Of a DNA stretch of 23,020 nucleotides, positions 9,301 to 18,039 are shown piece by piece. A model generated the notes under the pieces. That model saw only the letters and a list, made by a program, of their open reading frames with translations. It was not told where the DNA came from and did not search any database. Both the position numbers and the translations under genes were made by a program. Numbering within the stretch: the stretch's first letter is position 1; each line of letters opens with the position of its first letter. This DNA comes from Methanomicrobiales archaeon (GTDB lineage: Archaea > Halobacteriota > Methanomicrobia > Methanomicrobiales > Methanospirillaceae): positions 1-23,020 of the forward strand of contig JBAXJR010000035.1 of assembly GCA_037137755.1 (NCBI GenBank). Direction: 5' to 3'.

Positions 9301-9374
9301 TCCCGGGATTGGGCAGTCCTGTCATTGTTATTGGGATAATATGCTATTAGAAACGGACATGCCAAAGCAGCACC

Positions 9375-9384
9375 TTTTTATTTT
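9375..9384 (+). terminator. Candidate oligo(T) terminator of the glyA-folD-folP-cofE operon
   Basis: TTTTTATTTT between convergent cofE-like and peroxiredoxin genes. Confidence 0.4.
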
Positions 9385-9419
9385 CCGCCTTGTAACAGAC
9401 CTGCCGGGTGAGAGTTCGG

Positions 9420-9905
9420 TTATGCCGGACTTTTTAGGAATCTGATAATTTCACTGATATCAGGAATACTATGGACCGGATATACCTTAACAAATAATAC
9501 ATTCTGGTTTTCATCCACGATGATATTTGCCCTTTCTGAAAATCCATTGGTATCCCTGAAGATTCCATACGTCCTTGCCACGTTCCCGTGAGGCCAGAAA
9601 TCGCAGAGTAACCTTGTATTCTTAATGCCAAGAGATTCCGCCCATGCCCTTTTACAGGGGATCGAATCAACACTGATCCCTACCGCAAGCGTGTCGAGGG
9701 ATTCCAGCACTTCACGGTTTTTTTCAAGCGAGTCCATCTGTCCTGCACAGAACGGTGTCCACGCAAGGGGATGGAATGAAAGAAGCGTTTTTTTCCCTGA
9801 ATTTTCAAGGAGGTCAAACGTTTTGTCATTCTGGTCCTTAAGAGAGAAATTTTTCCCGATATCCCCGGGTCGTACCATTGGTGGTTGCTCCGTTCTATCT
9901 GCCAT
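9420..9905 (-). CDS. Peroxiredoxin, AhpC/TSA superfamily (AhpE-like)
   Basis: Peroxidatic PxxxTxxC motif 'FHPLAWTPFC', 'DFWPHG.VA..YG', 'SERA'. Start set at ATG 9905 (MADRTE) with AGGA upstream; the track start 9944 is possible. Confidence 0.9.
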   Translation of the reverse strand: MADRTEQPPMVRPGDIGKNFSLKDQNDKTFDLLENSGKKTLLSFHPLAWTPFCAGQMDSLEKNREVLESLDTLAVGISVDSIPCKRAWAESLGIKNTRLLCDFWPHGNVARTYGIFRDTNGFSERANIIVDENQNVLFVKVYPVHSIPDISEIIRFLKSPA

Positions 9906-10081
9906 AGTAAGTTCCTGCCTTTGATCAGATAAGAGACCTTTCATCAGGAGTCAGGATAAGGCAATGGCATTAGTTGAGGTATCGAGGGGGGAACTCCCGC
10001 TATTCCGGGCACATTCAGATGAATGAGGTTACCGGTTTTTCTGCTGCATAGGTAATTCCAGGGATAATCCAGGTGTATTTA

Positions 10082-10711
10082 TTATTCTGTGTTCCGGGAC
10101 ACACCCACACGCCCTTTCTCTATCAATAGGGTGAACCCACATCGCTTCAGAAAATCAACCGCTTTCCCATGACCGTGGATCATCAGTTCCACGAGGTCTT
10201 CCCGCTCATCAACGTCTGTATGGATCCGGAACGAGTCGACGATTTCACAGGAAAGCCCCGCCTTCTTTGCGATTTCCCGGTGTTTTAAGAAACTTGCCCC
10301 ATAATAATCAACATGGAACCGGGAACAGTCTTTGATAAATATCGCATTCGTCCCCCCACCCCTGCCCGGGCCAAGTGCCATGTCACAAGTGGTGGATATC
10401 ATCCGCCGGATGACATCAGGTGTTACCAGCGGTAAGTCTGCCATGATGATGAGCAAAGGTCCTTGCGAACTCCCGATAAGGCCGTTCAGTGCGGGGTTCA
10501 GCTCCTCGGCAGAAACGTTAACTTTCGCATATGCACAGTGGAGAGGGACAGTTGAGAGAATAAATGGGTTGCATCCGGCTTCCTTAAGAGACAGTATTAC
10601 ATCGGTCAGCATCGCTTCCGCGAATAATTCACGTTCTGCAGTTGACAGCACAGATGACAGCCGGCTCTTCGGGTTCACCGGTTTGAATGGGACCACGGCC
10701 TCGATGGACAT
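10082..10711 (-). CDS. cofC: 2-phospho-L-lactate (PEP) guanylyltransferase, F420 biosynthesis
   Basis: 'AVVPFKPVNPKSRLSSVL', 'AMLTDV', 'IMADLPL', 'GRGGGTNA', 'YYGASFLKH', 'DVDE.EDL'. Confidence 0.95.
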   Translation of the reverse strand: MSIEAVVPFKPVNPKSRLSSVLSTAERELFAEAMLTDVILSLKEAGCNPFILSTVPLHCAYAKVNVSAEELNPALNGLIGSSQGPLLIIMADLPLVTPDVIRRMISTTCDMALGPGRGGGTNAIFIKDCSRFHVDYYGASFLKHREIAKKAGLSCEIVDSFRIHTDVDEREDLVELMIHGHGKAVDFLKRCGFTLLIEKGRVGVSRNTE

Positions 10712-10819
10712 TTCATACGAATAGCACTACGGACATCAAAAATCCATCGTTTTTATGCGGATCGATCAATAAATTACCAAAGAACTCCCATCAAGAGTAG
10801 CAACCGGTGTACCCGTACC

Positions 10820-11809
10820 ATGAACAGGAACATTATAACCTTTTCAAAAAATGTCTTCCTGCCGCTCACCACCGTCTGCCGCAACCGGTGTGAGTACTGC
10901 TGTTTCCGGACACCCGTAACAGAACACTGCATTATGCAACCGGGTGATGCAGAACAAACCCTGGCCTGCGGTGCAGCGAAAGGCTGTACAGAGGCACTTT
11001 TTACCTTTGGTGAACGGCCCGAAGAGGAGCCGGGGTTTAAATCCCTTATCAACAGGGTGGGTTATGACAATATTCTCCAGTACTGTCATGCCCTCTGTCA
11101 AAAAAGCATGGGAACCGGTATCCTGCCCCATACGAATGCAGGAATCCTGACTGCAGAGGAACTGGAGTATTTGAAACCCGTAAATGCCAGCATGGGCCTG
11201 ATGCTGGAGACAACCGCAGAAATTCCCGCACATCGTAATTCACCAGGAAAAGTCCCGGAAATCAGGATTGAAATGATCGAAAATGCAGGAATGCTGCAGA
11301 TCCCGTTCACCACGGGGCTCCTTCTTGGTATTGGTGAGACGATGCAGGACCGCGAGGAATCACTCATGGTGATACGTGACCTTCACAAACGGTATGGCCA
11401 TATCCAGGAAGTGATAATTCAGAATTTCTGCCCGAAACCCGGGACACCGATGAGCAGAAGGCAGGAGATCGGTTTTGATGAGATGTGTAGGGTGATAGGG
11501 ATCGCGCGTGACCTCCTTCCGGACGACGTGGCCATACAGGTAGCGCCGAACCTCGCGGATGCTGCATCCCTGATCCCGTGTGGTGTTAATGACCTGGGAG
11601 GGATATCCCCGTTGACAATCGATTATGTGAACCCTGAACATCCATGGCCGGGGGAAGACGAACTCAGGCGCTCGTCGGGGAATTATAACCTCCAGGAGCG
11701 CCTCTGCATTTATCCCCGGTTTATAGAGAAGGGCTGGTATTCAGACGAATTAGAACCACTTATTAAGCGCCTTGTGCAACATTTAACGGACAGGAGACCC
11801 ACGTCATGA
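10820..11809 (+). CDS. cofG: FO synthase subunit 1 (radical SAM)
   Basis: 'ITFSKNVFLPLTTVCRNRCEYCCF' (CxxxCxxC), 'EALFTFGERP', 'LPHTNAG', 'SMGLMLE', 'PFTTGLLLGIGET', 'DLGGISPLTIDYVNPEHPWP'. Confidence 0.96.
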   Translation: MNRNIITFSKNVFLPLTTVCRNRCEYCCFRTPVTEHCIMQPGDAEQTLACGAAKGCTEALFTFGERPEEEPGFKSLINRVGYDNILQYCHALCQKSMGTGILPHTNAGILTAEELEYLKPVNASMGLMLETTAEIPAHRNSPGKVPEIRIEMIENAGMLQIPFTTGLLLGIGETMQDREESLMVIRDLHKRYGHIQEVIIQNFCPKPGTPMSRRQEIGFDEMCRVIGIARDLLPDDVAIQVAPNLADAASLIPCGVNDLGGISPLTIDYVNPEHPWPGEDELRRSSGNYNLQERLCIYPRFIEKGWYSDELEPLIKRLVQHLTDRRPTS

Positions 11810-12516
11810 AACAACTTGAGTTGTTGTATTCCGGGAAAGCAAAGTCTGTGTACCGGACTGATAAGCCCGGAGAACTGGTAATAAAATTCAGGGACGATAT
11901 TACGGCGTTCGACGGCCAGAAGAAAGACACGCTGGCCGAAAAGGGGAGCCTGAATGCCGGGGTTTCAACCTTTTTCTTCGGACTGCTCGAGAAAAACAGC
12001 ATTAAAACACACCTCATCAGGAAAATTGATGACACCACTCTGCTGGCACACAACCTGACCATGATACCACTCGAGGTAATCGTCCGGAATATTGCAGCCG
12101 GCTCAATGGTGAAAAACTACCCCATTGAAAAAGGGACATTACTTAATCCCCCGGTAATAGTGATTGATTTCAAAGACGATACCCATCATGACCCGATGCT
12201 GAACGATGACCTGATCTATGCGCTGAAACTCGCAACACCGGAAGAACTCCGGGAGCTGAAACAGGTTGCATTGCAGGTGAACAGCGTTCTACGGGACTAC
12301 CTGGCCGGGCGGGGGATCGACCTGGTGGATTTCAAACTGGAGTTTGGGAAAAAAGACGGGGTCATCTATGTGGGGGACGAGATCAGCATGGACTCAATGC
12401 GACTCTGGGATAAGAAAACAGGTGAGTCCCTTGACAAGGATGTCTACCGGACCGGGCAGGGGGACGTCATGACGAGTTATCACCTTGTGGCCGTACGGAT
12501 TATTTCAGAAAGATAA
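11806..12516 (+). CDS. purC: SAICAR synthase
   Basis: 'LLYSGKAKSVY', 'FRDDITAFDG', 'IPLEVIVRNIAAGS', 'LVDFKLEFG', 'DEISMDSMRLWD', 'LDKDVYR'; ATGA overlap with cofG. Confidence 0.97.
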   Translation: MKQLELLYSGKAKSVYRTDKPGELVIKFRDDITAFDGQKKDTLAEKGSLNAGVSTFFFGLLEKNSIKTHLIRKIDDTTLLAHNLTMIPLEVIVRNIAAGSMVKNYPIEKGTLLNPPVIVIDFKDDTHHDPMLNDDLIYALKLATPEELRELKQVALQVNSVLRDYLAGRGIDLVDFKLEFGKKDGVIYVGDEISMDSMRLWDKKTGESLDKDVYRTGQGDVMTSYHLVAVRIISER

Positions 12517-12804
12517 TTGCCGTGGATTTCGTGGTTTGAAAAGGTCTTATCTCCAGAAATGGATTAGGTCTCATACCATTTGTGAGGGCAGGAAACCGGG
12601 AATAAGTTAATGTACCAGGGTACTTTAAGCAATCCCGGCCCTGGCGTTTGTAAAAAAAAGGGGTTTCATTCCATAACAGACTATATCAGCTGTTATGAAG
12701 AATAGCGATAATAAACAGGGCCTCCGTACTGTCCTCTGTAAGACAGGACATTATGGGAGCAGTGAGAGAATGCAGGTATACCAGACACAGGAGAACGGGG
12801 AATA

Positions 12805-13092
12805 ATGACAGACGGTGAGGAAGAGAAAGAAATTCTTGCATGGGCAGCGGGGTACGTTAAAACGCATGGTTACAGGCTGAATCCTGAAGAAAAGCGGCTC
12901 GATGGCGTGATCAGGGGACTGGCACGAAATAAACAGCGGTTTGGTGCAAGGTATTGTCCCTGCCGGGTCAGGAGCGGCGATATGGAAAAGGACAAGGACA
13001 TTATATGCCCCTGCATCTACCATGAGCAGGAGATAAAAGAACAGGGCTCCTGCCATTGCAATTTATTTTTCAGCGAAGAAACATCAGGTTAA
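12805..13092 (+). CDS. Ferredoxin:thioredoxin reductase catalytic (beta) subunit-like protein
   Basis: 95 aa; 'GL..NK.RFG..YCPCR', 'ICPC', 'CHCNLF' = CPC/CPC/CHC [4Fe-4S] plus active-site disulfide pattern; GGGGA RBS. Confidence 0.92.
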   Translation: MTDGEEEKEILAWAAGYVKTHGYRLNPEEKRLDGVIRGLARNKQRFGARYCPCRVRSGDMEKDKDIICPCIYHEQEIKEQGSCHCNLFFSEETSG

Positions 13093-13259
13093 AAAAATGC
13101 CACCCAGGTACAGGAGCAACGATCAAAAAAGAAACCAGGGGTCCAGTAGAAAAACGCATGAATGGGAAGTTCACACCCGGACCATGAAAATGCCCTTTCA
13201 ATAATATCAGCCTTGTAGAAATCCTGTGGGTAATAAAAAAAAGTTAACAGAACTGCTTA

Positions 13260-13440
13260 GACAGGAGGGGGTTTCACCCTCTGCCTGTCCTACCCCCATT
13301 AAGATAAACTTTCGGGCAGGGTTTACCAAAACCCGATTAATTTAGTGTGTTTGGGAACTATCTCTATCCCAACTGGGGTCGCCACAACGGCGGGGCGTAG
13401 CCCTGTGAGCGTTGGAAAATTAAGGGATAGTCCGAAACGG
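13260..13440. ncRNA. Candidate structured non-coding RNA, family not recognised
   Basis: Four consecutive stem-loops plus long-range complementarities between convergent genes, flanked by AT-rich sequence; strand unresolved (see findings). Confidence 0.5.
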
Positions 13441-13630
13441 TAAGGATATATTAGAGCATTTCTAAAGAGCAGAAACCTGAATATTTGCCGGCATTTCTTA
13501 TTTTTGAGGCGAAATACGTTCATTTTCCATTGGATTAATCAGAAAAGGTCCAACCCATATTTTCAGGTGAATAATTCCCTGTACCGGACAGCAACCGGAT
13601 AGAATCGTCCCCCGTGTGATTTTAGTGATG

Positions 13631-15271
13631 TCAGCTGAACCTTGACGCGAGGATATGGTAGAGTGCATAAAAACCGACCAGCATTGCCGCACTGTACCCG
13701 AATACTGCGAGTATCCAGACAAAGTTGGGAAGCTGGATATTTGAGGACAACAAGACCAGCGATGACCCGATTACGACGGCAGCAGTGATAATTCCTACAA
13801 GAAGTTTATCGCTTGTCCTCTCCAGTGACTGCTGGAGTTTCATGATGTCTGTCTCGACAATTTCAACCCTGACGGTTCCGGTTGCAAGTTTCTTGAGGGT
13901 CCTGTTGACATTCCTTGGCAGGTCAAACATACCATCTGTCGCCTCCAGCAGGGACCGTGTCGCCTGCCTGAGGAGGTGATCGGGAAGGTGCATCCTGTCA
14001 GACATCTGTTCCAGGAATGGATGAGCGCGTTTCTCAAAACTGAAGCCCGGATCAAGTTTCATCCCGATATCAAGGATCATGATGATTACTTTCAGCATCA
14101 GCATGAGGCTGATCGGTACCCGGATCTGGTAACGCCGGAGTACCTCAGTCAGGTCATTGACAATCGCCGAGAAATTATTACTCCCTGGTGTGAATCCCTC
14201 GGCATCAATGAGGGCACTATACATTTCATCCCGGATTGTTTCCCGGTCTTCTTCCCTGATGTTGACACCCAGTTTCTCAAATGCCGAAAGCAGTATGTCA
14301 ACATCGTTATGGATTATCCCATGGAGCAGCCTGATAAAGATAAACCGCTTTTCGGGCCTGAGTATCCCCACAACCCCGAAATCCAGGAAGACCAGGTCTC
14401 CTTTTGCAGTAACCATCAGGTTCCCGGGATGCGGGTCACCATGGAAAAACCCGTCTTCAAAAATCTGTTTCAGATAGGAGTCGAATCCAACCCCGGCAAT
14501 CGTTACCGGATCGATACCCAGCTTTCGGATCTCATCAACATTCGTGATTTTGACACCGTCAATAAACTCCATGGTGAGCATACGCCGGCTGCTGCAATCC
14601 CAGTAGATCTTTGGGAACCGTACCCCTACAACACCTTCAAAATTGTTTCTGAAACGGTCTGCATTTCTTCCATCCTTTACAAAATCAAGTTCTTTTCGTA
14701 TCTGCCCGGCGAAGTCCAGCACAATTCCCGAAGGGTTATAGATGCGTGACTCGGGTACGGCTCTCTCAAGTCTTGCCGCAAGGGATTCGAGAATTGGGAT
14801 GTCTGTTTCTATAATGTCTTCAATTCCGGGCCTCTGAATTTTTATGGCTACAACAGTACCGTCTTTGAGGCGTCCCCGATGTACCTGTGCAATGGACGCG
14901 GATGCGATGGGTTCCTCCTCGATCTCGAGGAATATCTCCTTGTAATCAGGACATGACTCCCTGATCACGGGAAGGATCTGGCTGAACGGGAGCGGGTTAT
15001 TGTGGTCCTGGAGCTTTTCAAGCTCCTCTATGAGGGGTTGGGGAAGCAGTTCCTGACGGGTGCTCATAATCTGGCCCAGTTTTACAAACGTGGGGCCGAG
15101 TTCCTCTATAGCAAGACGGATCCTTACATAGACAGAAAGCTCTTCACCCCTGGTACGGCCGATGAGCCGGAACCGGCGGACACCGGGGAACAGGTCTTCA
15201 AGGAAAGCTCCGAACCCGTATTTAACGAGTACATCGGCAATCTGACCATAACGCCTGAACCTGGTGACCAT
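13631..15271 (-). CDS. UbiB/AarF/ABC1 family atypical kinase with two C-terminal TM helices
   Basis: 'LGPTFVKLGQ' (KxGQ), Ala-rich loop 'ASASIAQVH', 'VAIKIQRP', 'ELDF', 'FFHGDPHPGN', 'DFG'; hydrophobic C-terminus. Confidence 0.93.
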   Translation of the reverse strand: MVTRFRRYGQIADVLVKYGFGAFLEDLFPGVRRFRLIGRTRGEELSVYVRIRLAIEELGPTFVKLGQIMSTRQELLPQPLIEELEKLQDHNNPLPFSQILPVIRESCPDYKEIFLEIEEEPIASASIAQVHRGRLKDGTVVAIKIQRPGIEDIIETDIPILESLAARLERAVPESRIYNPSGIVLDFAGQIRKELDFVKDGRNADRFRNNFEGVVGVRFPKIYWDCSSRRMLTMEFIDGVKITNVDEIRKLGIDPVTIAGVGFDSYLKQIFEDGFFHGDPHPGNLMVTAKGDLVFLDFGVVGILRPEKRFIFIRLLHGIIHNDVDILLSAFEKLGVNIREEDRETIRDEMYSALIDAEGFTPGSNNFSAIVNDLTEVLRRYQIRVPISLMLMLKVIIMILDIGMKLDPGFSFEKRAHPFLEQMSDRMHLPDHLLRQATRSLLEATDGMFDLPRNVNRTLKKLATGTVRVEIVETDIMKLQQSLERTSDKLLVGIITAAVVIGSSLVLLSSNIQLPNFVWILAVFGYSAAMLVGFYALYHILASRFS

Positions 15272-15368
15272 TGTTGACTATCCTGCTCTTATGTTCCATT
15301 CACCTGATAACCAGAAAAAAGGTTGGATACATCCGCCGGAACGCAACGTTACCTGAATTTTCCGGGTT

Positions 15369-17057
15369 TCATTTGTGGCAGAAATAGGCAGTTATACCCT
15401 TATCAGTCACGCGGTCAATTCTCGCAAATCCTACCCGTTCGAACTGGACGACCGTATCAGCCATCGATCCGACAACGCTCTCACAAAGACCCTGTATATC
15501 CCCCTCCGGCGTGTGGAGCGTACACACCGTGGCGTCTCCGGCTGGAAGCCACTGGACAATCGGGGCTTTCACCGCACGGGCATCAGACAGTGCTTCCCCG
15601 GCATAGGAAAGAACGGGTTTTCCGTCTGACCAGTCGACATGTACATTGAAAAGGTCTTTCAGCCGGATCATCTTCACTTCTTTTTGAAATTCCTGGCCTG
15701 GAAGAACTACGTCCCCTTCAAATTTTAACGTGCGGTACCCTTTCTTTTCATCCCCGGGGTGGAGGAGAGCATGAGCTTCCCTCGCGGTTGCACCAGCGAT
15801 GGTGAATCGTACCGGGTCTGGCACAAAAAAGAACCGGTCAGCCACCGGGTCAATGATGTCGCGGTTTTTCGCAAAGAGATTATCCCACGAGAATGATATG
15901 TCAGTCTCTCCTATCCCGATATCGAGAACGACCTGCCGGACCGCTTCAGGCTTTATCCCGCGCCTCGCTAGGGCCCGAAGTGTCCCGAGCCGGATATCAT
16001 CCCATCCCGAATACGTACCTGACCTGATACCTTCCCGCATCTGGGAGGTAGAGAGTACGACCCCCTCAATTCCCATCCTTCCATAATGGCGATAGACGGG
16101 CTCATCCCAGCCAAAGTACTCGTAAATATATTTCTGGCGGCGGGTATTCGCAATATGGTCCTTGCCACGGATTACATGGGTGACCCCCATCAGGTGGTCG
16201 TCGACTGCCACCGTGAAGTTCATCAGGGGATACACATGCGCCTCAATCCTTGGGTGCATAGGTTCATTCAGGATACGAAATGCAGGAAAATCACGCATGG
16301 CAGGATCGGGGTGGTCGAGTGAGGTCCGTACCCTCACCGATGCCTCACCTTCATAGAACCCTCCATCAAGCATCTTCTGCCAGAGGTCCTGGTTCTCCTC
16401 AATCGTCTGACCACGGCAGGGACAGGGTGTTTTTGCCTGCTTTAACAGGCGGAACTGCTCATTCTCGCAGGTACATACATATGCGCCGCCGAGTCCTATC
16501 AGCTCCCCCGCAATCCTGTAATACTGGTCAAAACGGTCACTCTGGTAGAAGACGTCGGTAATCCGGAGGCCCATCCATCCGATATCCTCCTGGACCATCC
16601 GGTATGCCTCCGGGTCTACCCTTTTCGGGTCGGTATCCTCGATACGAAGGATATACCTGCCACCATACCGTTCGACATAGGCATCATTCAACACGGCTGC
16701 CCGAGCGTGGCCGAGATGGAGCGGTCCGCTGGGGTTGGGTGCAAATCTCATCACGACACCATTTTCAGCCCGTTCGAGATGAGGGAGCTCATGAGTGTGC
16801 ACTTTTGGTGCATTCATCTCTTCGATCAGCTCGGGAGCGAGGTCTGCAAGTTTTTTCCTTCGCTCCTCAGGGCTGAGTAGTTCCACCTCTGCGAGTACTT
16901 CCCTGGCAAGCAGGGCAATTTCCTGTGCCCGTGACCGGAACCCGGGATATTTTCCCATTACCATCCCGATAACCGTGCCGCTTTTCGGGAGGCTGTTATG
17001 CTTGACTGCATTCTGAAGTGCGAAAATAAAAAGAGCGTTTTTTGGGTCTGTATCCAT
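15369..17057 (-). CDS. gltX: Glutamate--tRNA ligase (archaeal type)
   Basis: 'RFAPNPSGPLHLGHAR' (HIGH), 'RIEDTDP', Zn-type 'CTC...CPCR', 'THVIRGKDH', 'LSTS' KMSKS equivalent, 'QFERVGFARID'. Confidence 0.97.
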   Translation of the reverse strand: MDTDPKNALFIFALQNAVKHNSLPKSGTVIGMVMGKYPGFRSRAQEIALLAREVLAEVELLSPEERRKKLADLAPELIEEMNAPKVHTHELPHLERAENGVVMRFAPNPSGPLHLGHARAAVLNDAYVERYGGRYILRIEDTDPKRVDPEAYRMVQEDIGWMGLRITDVFYQSDRFDQYYRIAGELIGLGGAYVCTCENEQFRLLKQAKTPCPCRGQTIEENQDLWQKMLDGGFYEGEASVRVRTSLDHPDPAMRDFPAFRILNEPMHPRIEAHVYPLMNFTVAVDDHLMGVTHVIRGKDHIANTRRQKYIYEYFGWDEPVYRHYGRMGIEGVVLSTSQMREGIRSGTYSGWDDIRLGTLRALARRGIKPEAVRQVVLDIGIGETDISFSWDNLFAKNRDIIDPVADRFFFVPDPVRFTIAGATAREAHALLHPGDEKKGYRTLKFEGDVVLPGQEFQKEVKMIRLKDLFNVHVDWSDGKPVLSYAGEALSDARAVKAPIVQWLPAGDATVCTLHTPEGDIQGLCESVVGSMADTVVQFERVGFARIDRVTDKGITAYFCHK

Positions 17058-17058
17058 A

Positions 17059-18021
17059 TCAGTACCCTCTGGTCACGAAATAGTCCCCGATATCTATGAG
17101 GAGACTTTTTGCCTCCGAGTCAGGCAGTATTGAAACAATTTCTTTTCCTTTCCGGACAAGTTCCAGGGCAGTCTCTCTCACTTCCCCGATTACCCCGAGG
17201 GAATCAAGCCTTTCAATAAGATCATCTATCTCCTTGTTGGTCAGCTCACGTTTATATTCAGAAAGATCCAGGCCTTTTTCTTTTGCTTTAAGGGTAATAA
17301 GCGTCTGTTTGCCCTCCCGGATATCAGATGCGCGGTCCTTGCCGCTCTTTTCAGGAGTAGTCATGATATCGATCAGGTCATCCTGGATCTGAAAGGCCAT
17401 ACCGGTATAAAGCCCGTAATGATAGAGCGCGTGGGTCTTGACGGCATTCCCGCCAGCGAGTATACTCCCGATACCAGCTGATGCGGCATACAGTGCGCCG
17501 GTCTTCTTGGAGACCATCTCGAGATACTCCCCAACCGTTACATCGTTGCGTTTCTCGAACGACATGTCCATGTGCTGGCCATTGCAGATTTCAACGCAGG
17601 CTGCTGCAAGCATCGAGATCGCCCGTACTTTGGCATTGTCTGATGCCTGTGAAATACTGATAAACTCGAATGCACGAGCATAGAGCACATCCCCGGCAAG
17701 AATCGCAGTAGCGTCATCCCACTTTGTGTGGACAGTCGGGACACCCCGGCGAAACGCATCACCATCCATGATGTCATCATGGATCAGGGTAAAACTGTGG
17801 GTCAGTTCAAGCGCCAGTGCCGCAGGCATTACCTCATCTGAGCTCCCTCGTTTCACTGCATCCGCAGCGAGCATTACCACGGCCGGGCGCAGACGTTTTC
17901 CACCGGCAAGCAGGAGATGGGCACTTGCTTTCCCTAACTCCAAAAATTCATCACCAAAAAACCGGTCGATCATCCTGTCAACCTGTTTCTGTGTTGAATC
18001 CAGATACTCCATCAGATCCAT
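17059..18021 (-). CDS. idsA: Short-chain polyprenyl (geranylgeranyl) diphosphate synthase
   Basis: 'GGKRLRP', FARM 'FTLIHDDIMD' with aromatic residue at -5, 'RRG', 'GQ', 'KT', SARM 'FQIQDDLID'. Confidence 0.93.
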   Translation of the reverse strand: MDLMEYLDSTQKQVDRMIDRFFGDEFLELGKASAHLLLAGGKRLRPAVVMLAADAVKRGSSDEVMPAALALELTHSFTLIHDDIMDGDAFRRGVPTVHTKWDDATAILAGDVLYARAFEFISISQASDNAKVRAISMLAAACVEICNGQHMDMSFEKRNDVTVGEYLEMVSKKTGALYAASAGIGSILAGGNAVKTHALYHYGLYTGMAFQIQDDLIDIMTTPEKSGKDRASDIREGKQTLITLKAKEKGLDLSEYKRELTNKEIDDLIERLDSLGVIGEVRETALELVRKGKEIVSILPDSEAKSLLIDIGDYFVTRGY

Positions 18022-18039
18022 GATTGTCTCCAGTTATTG

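Noticed and set aside
8532-9365. 277-aa minus-strand ORF
   Set aside because: Fully antisense to the cofE-like gene, with no independent motif.
12730-12750. Short inverted repeat TGTCCT…AGGACA upstream of the FTR-like gene
   Set aside because: Single short stem, within chance expectation; no second copy noticed.
13323-13523. 66-aa minus-strand ORF over the structured element
   Set aside because: No RBS or protein-like features; the base-pairing pattern explains the region better.
13976-14749. 257-aa + strand ORF
   Set aside because: Antisense shadow of the UbiB-family gene.
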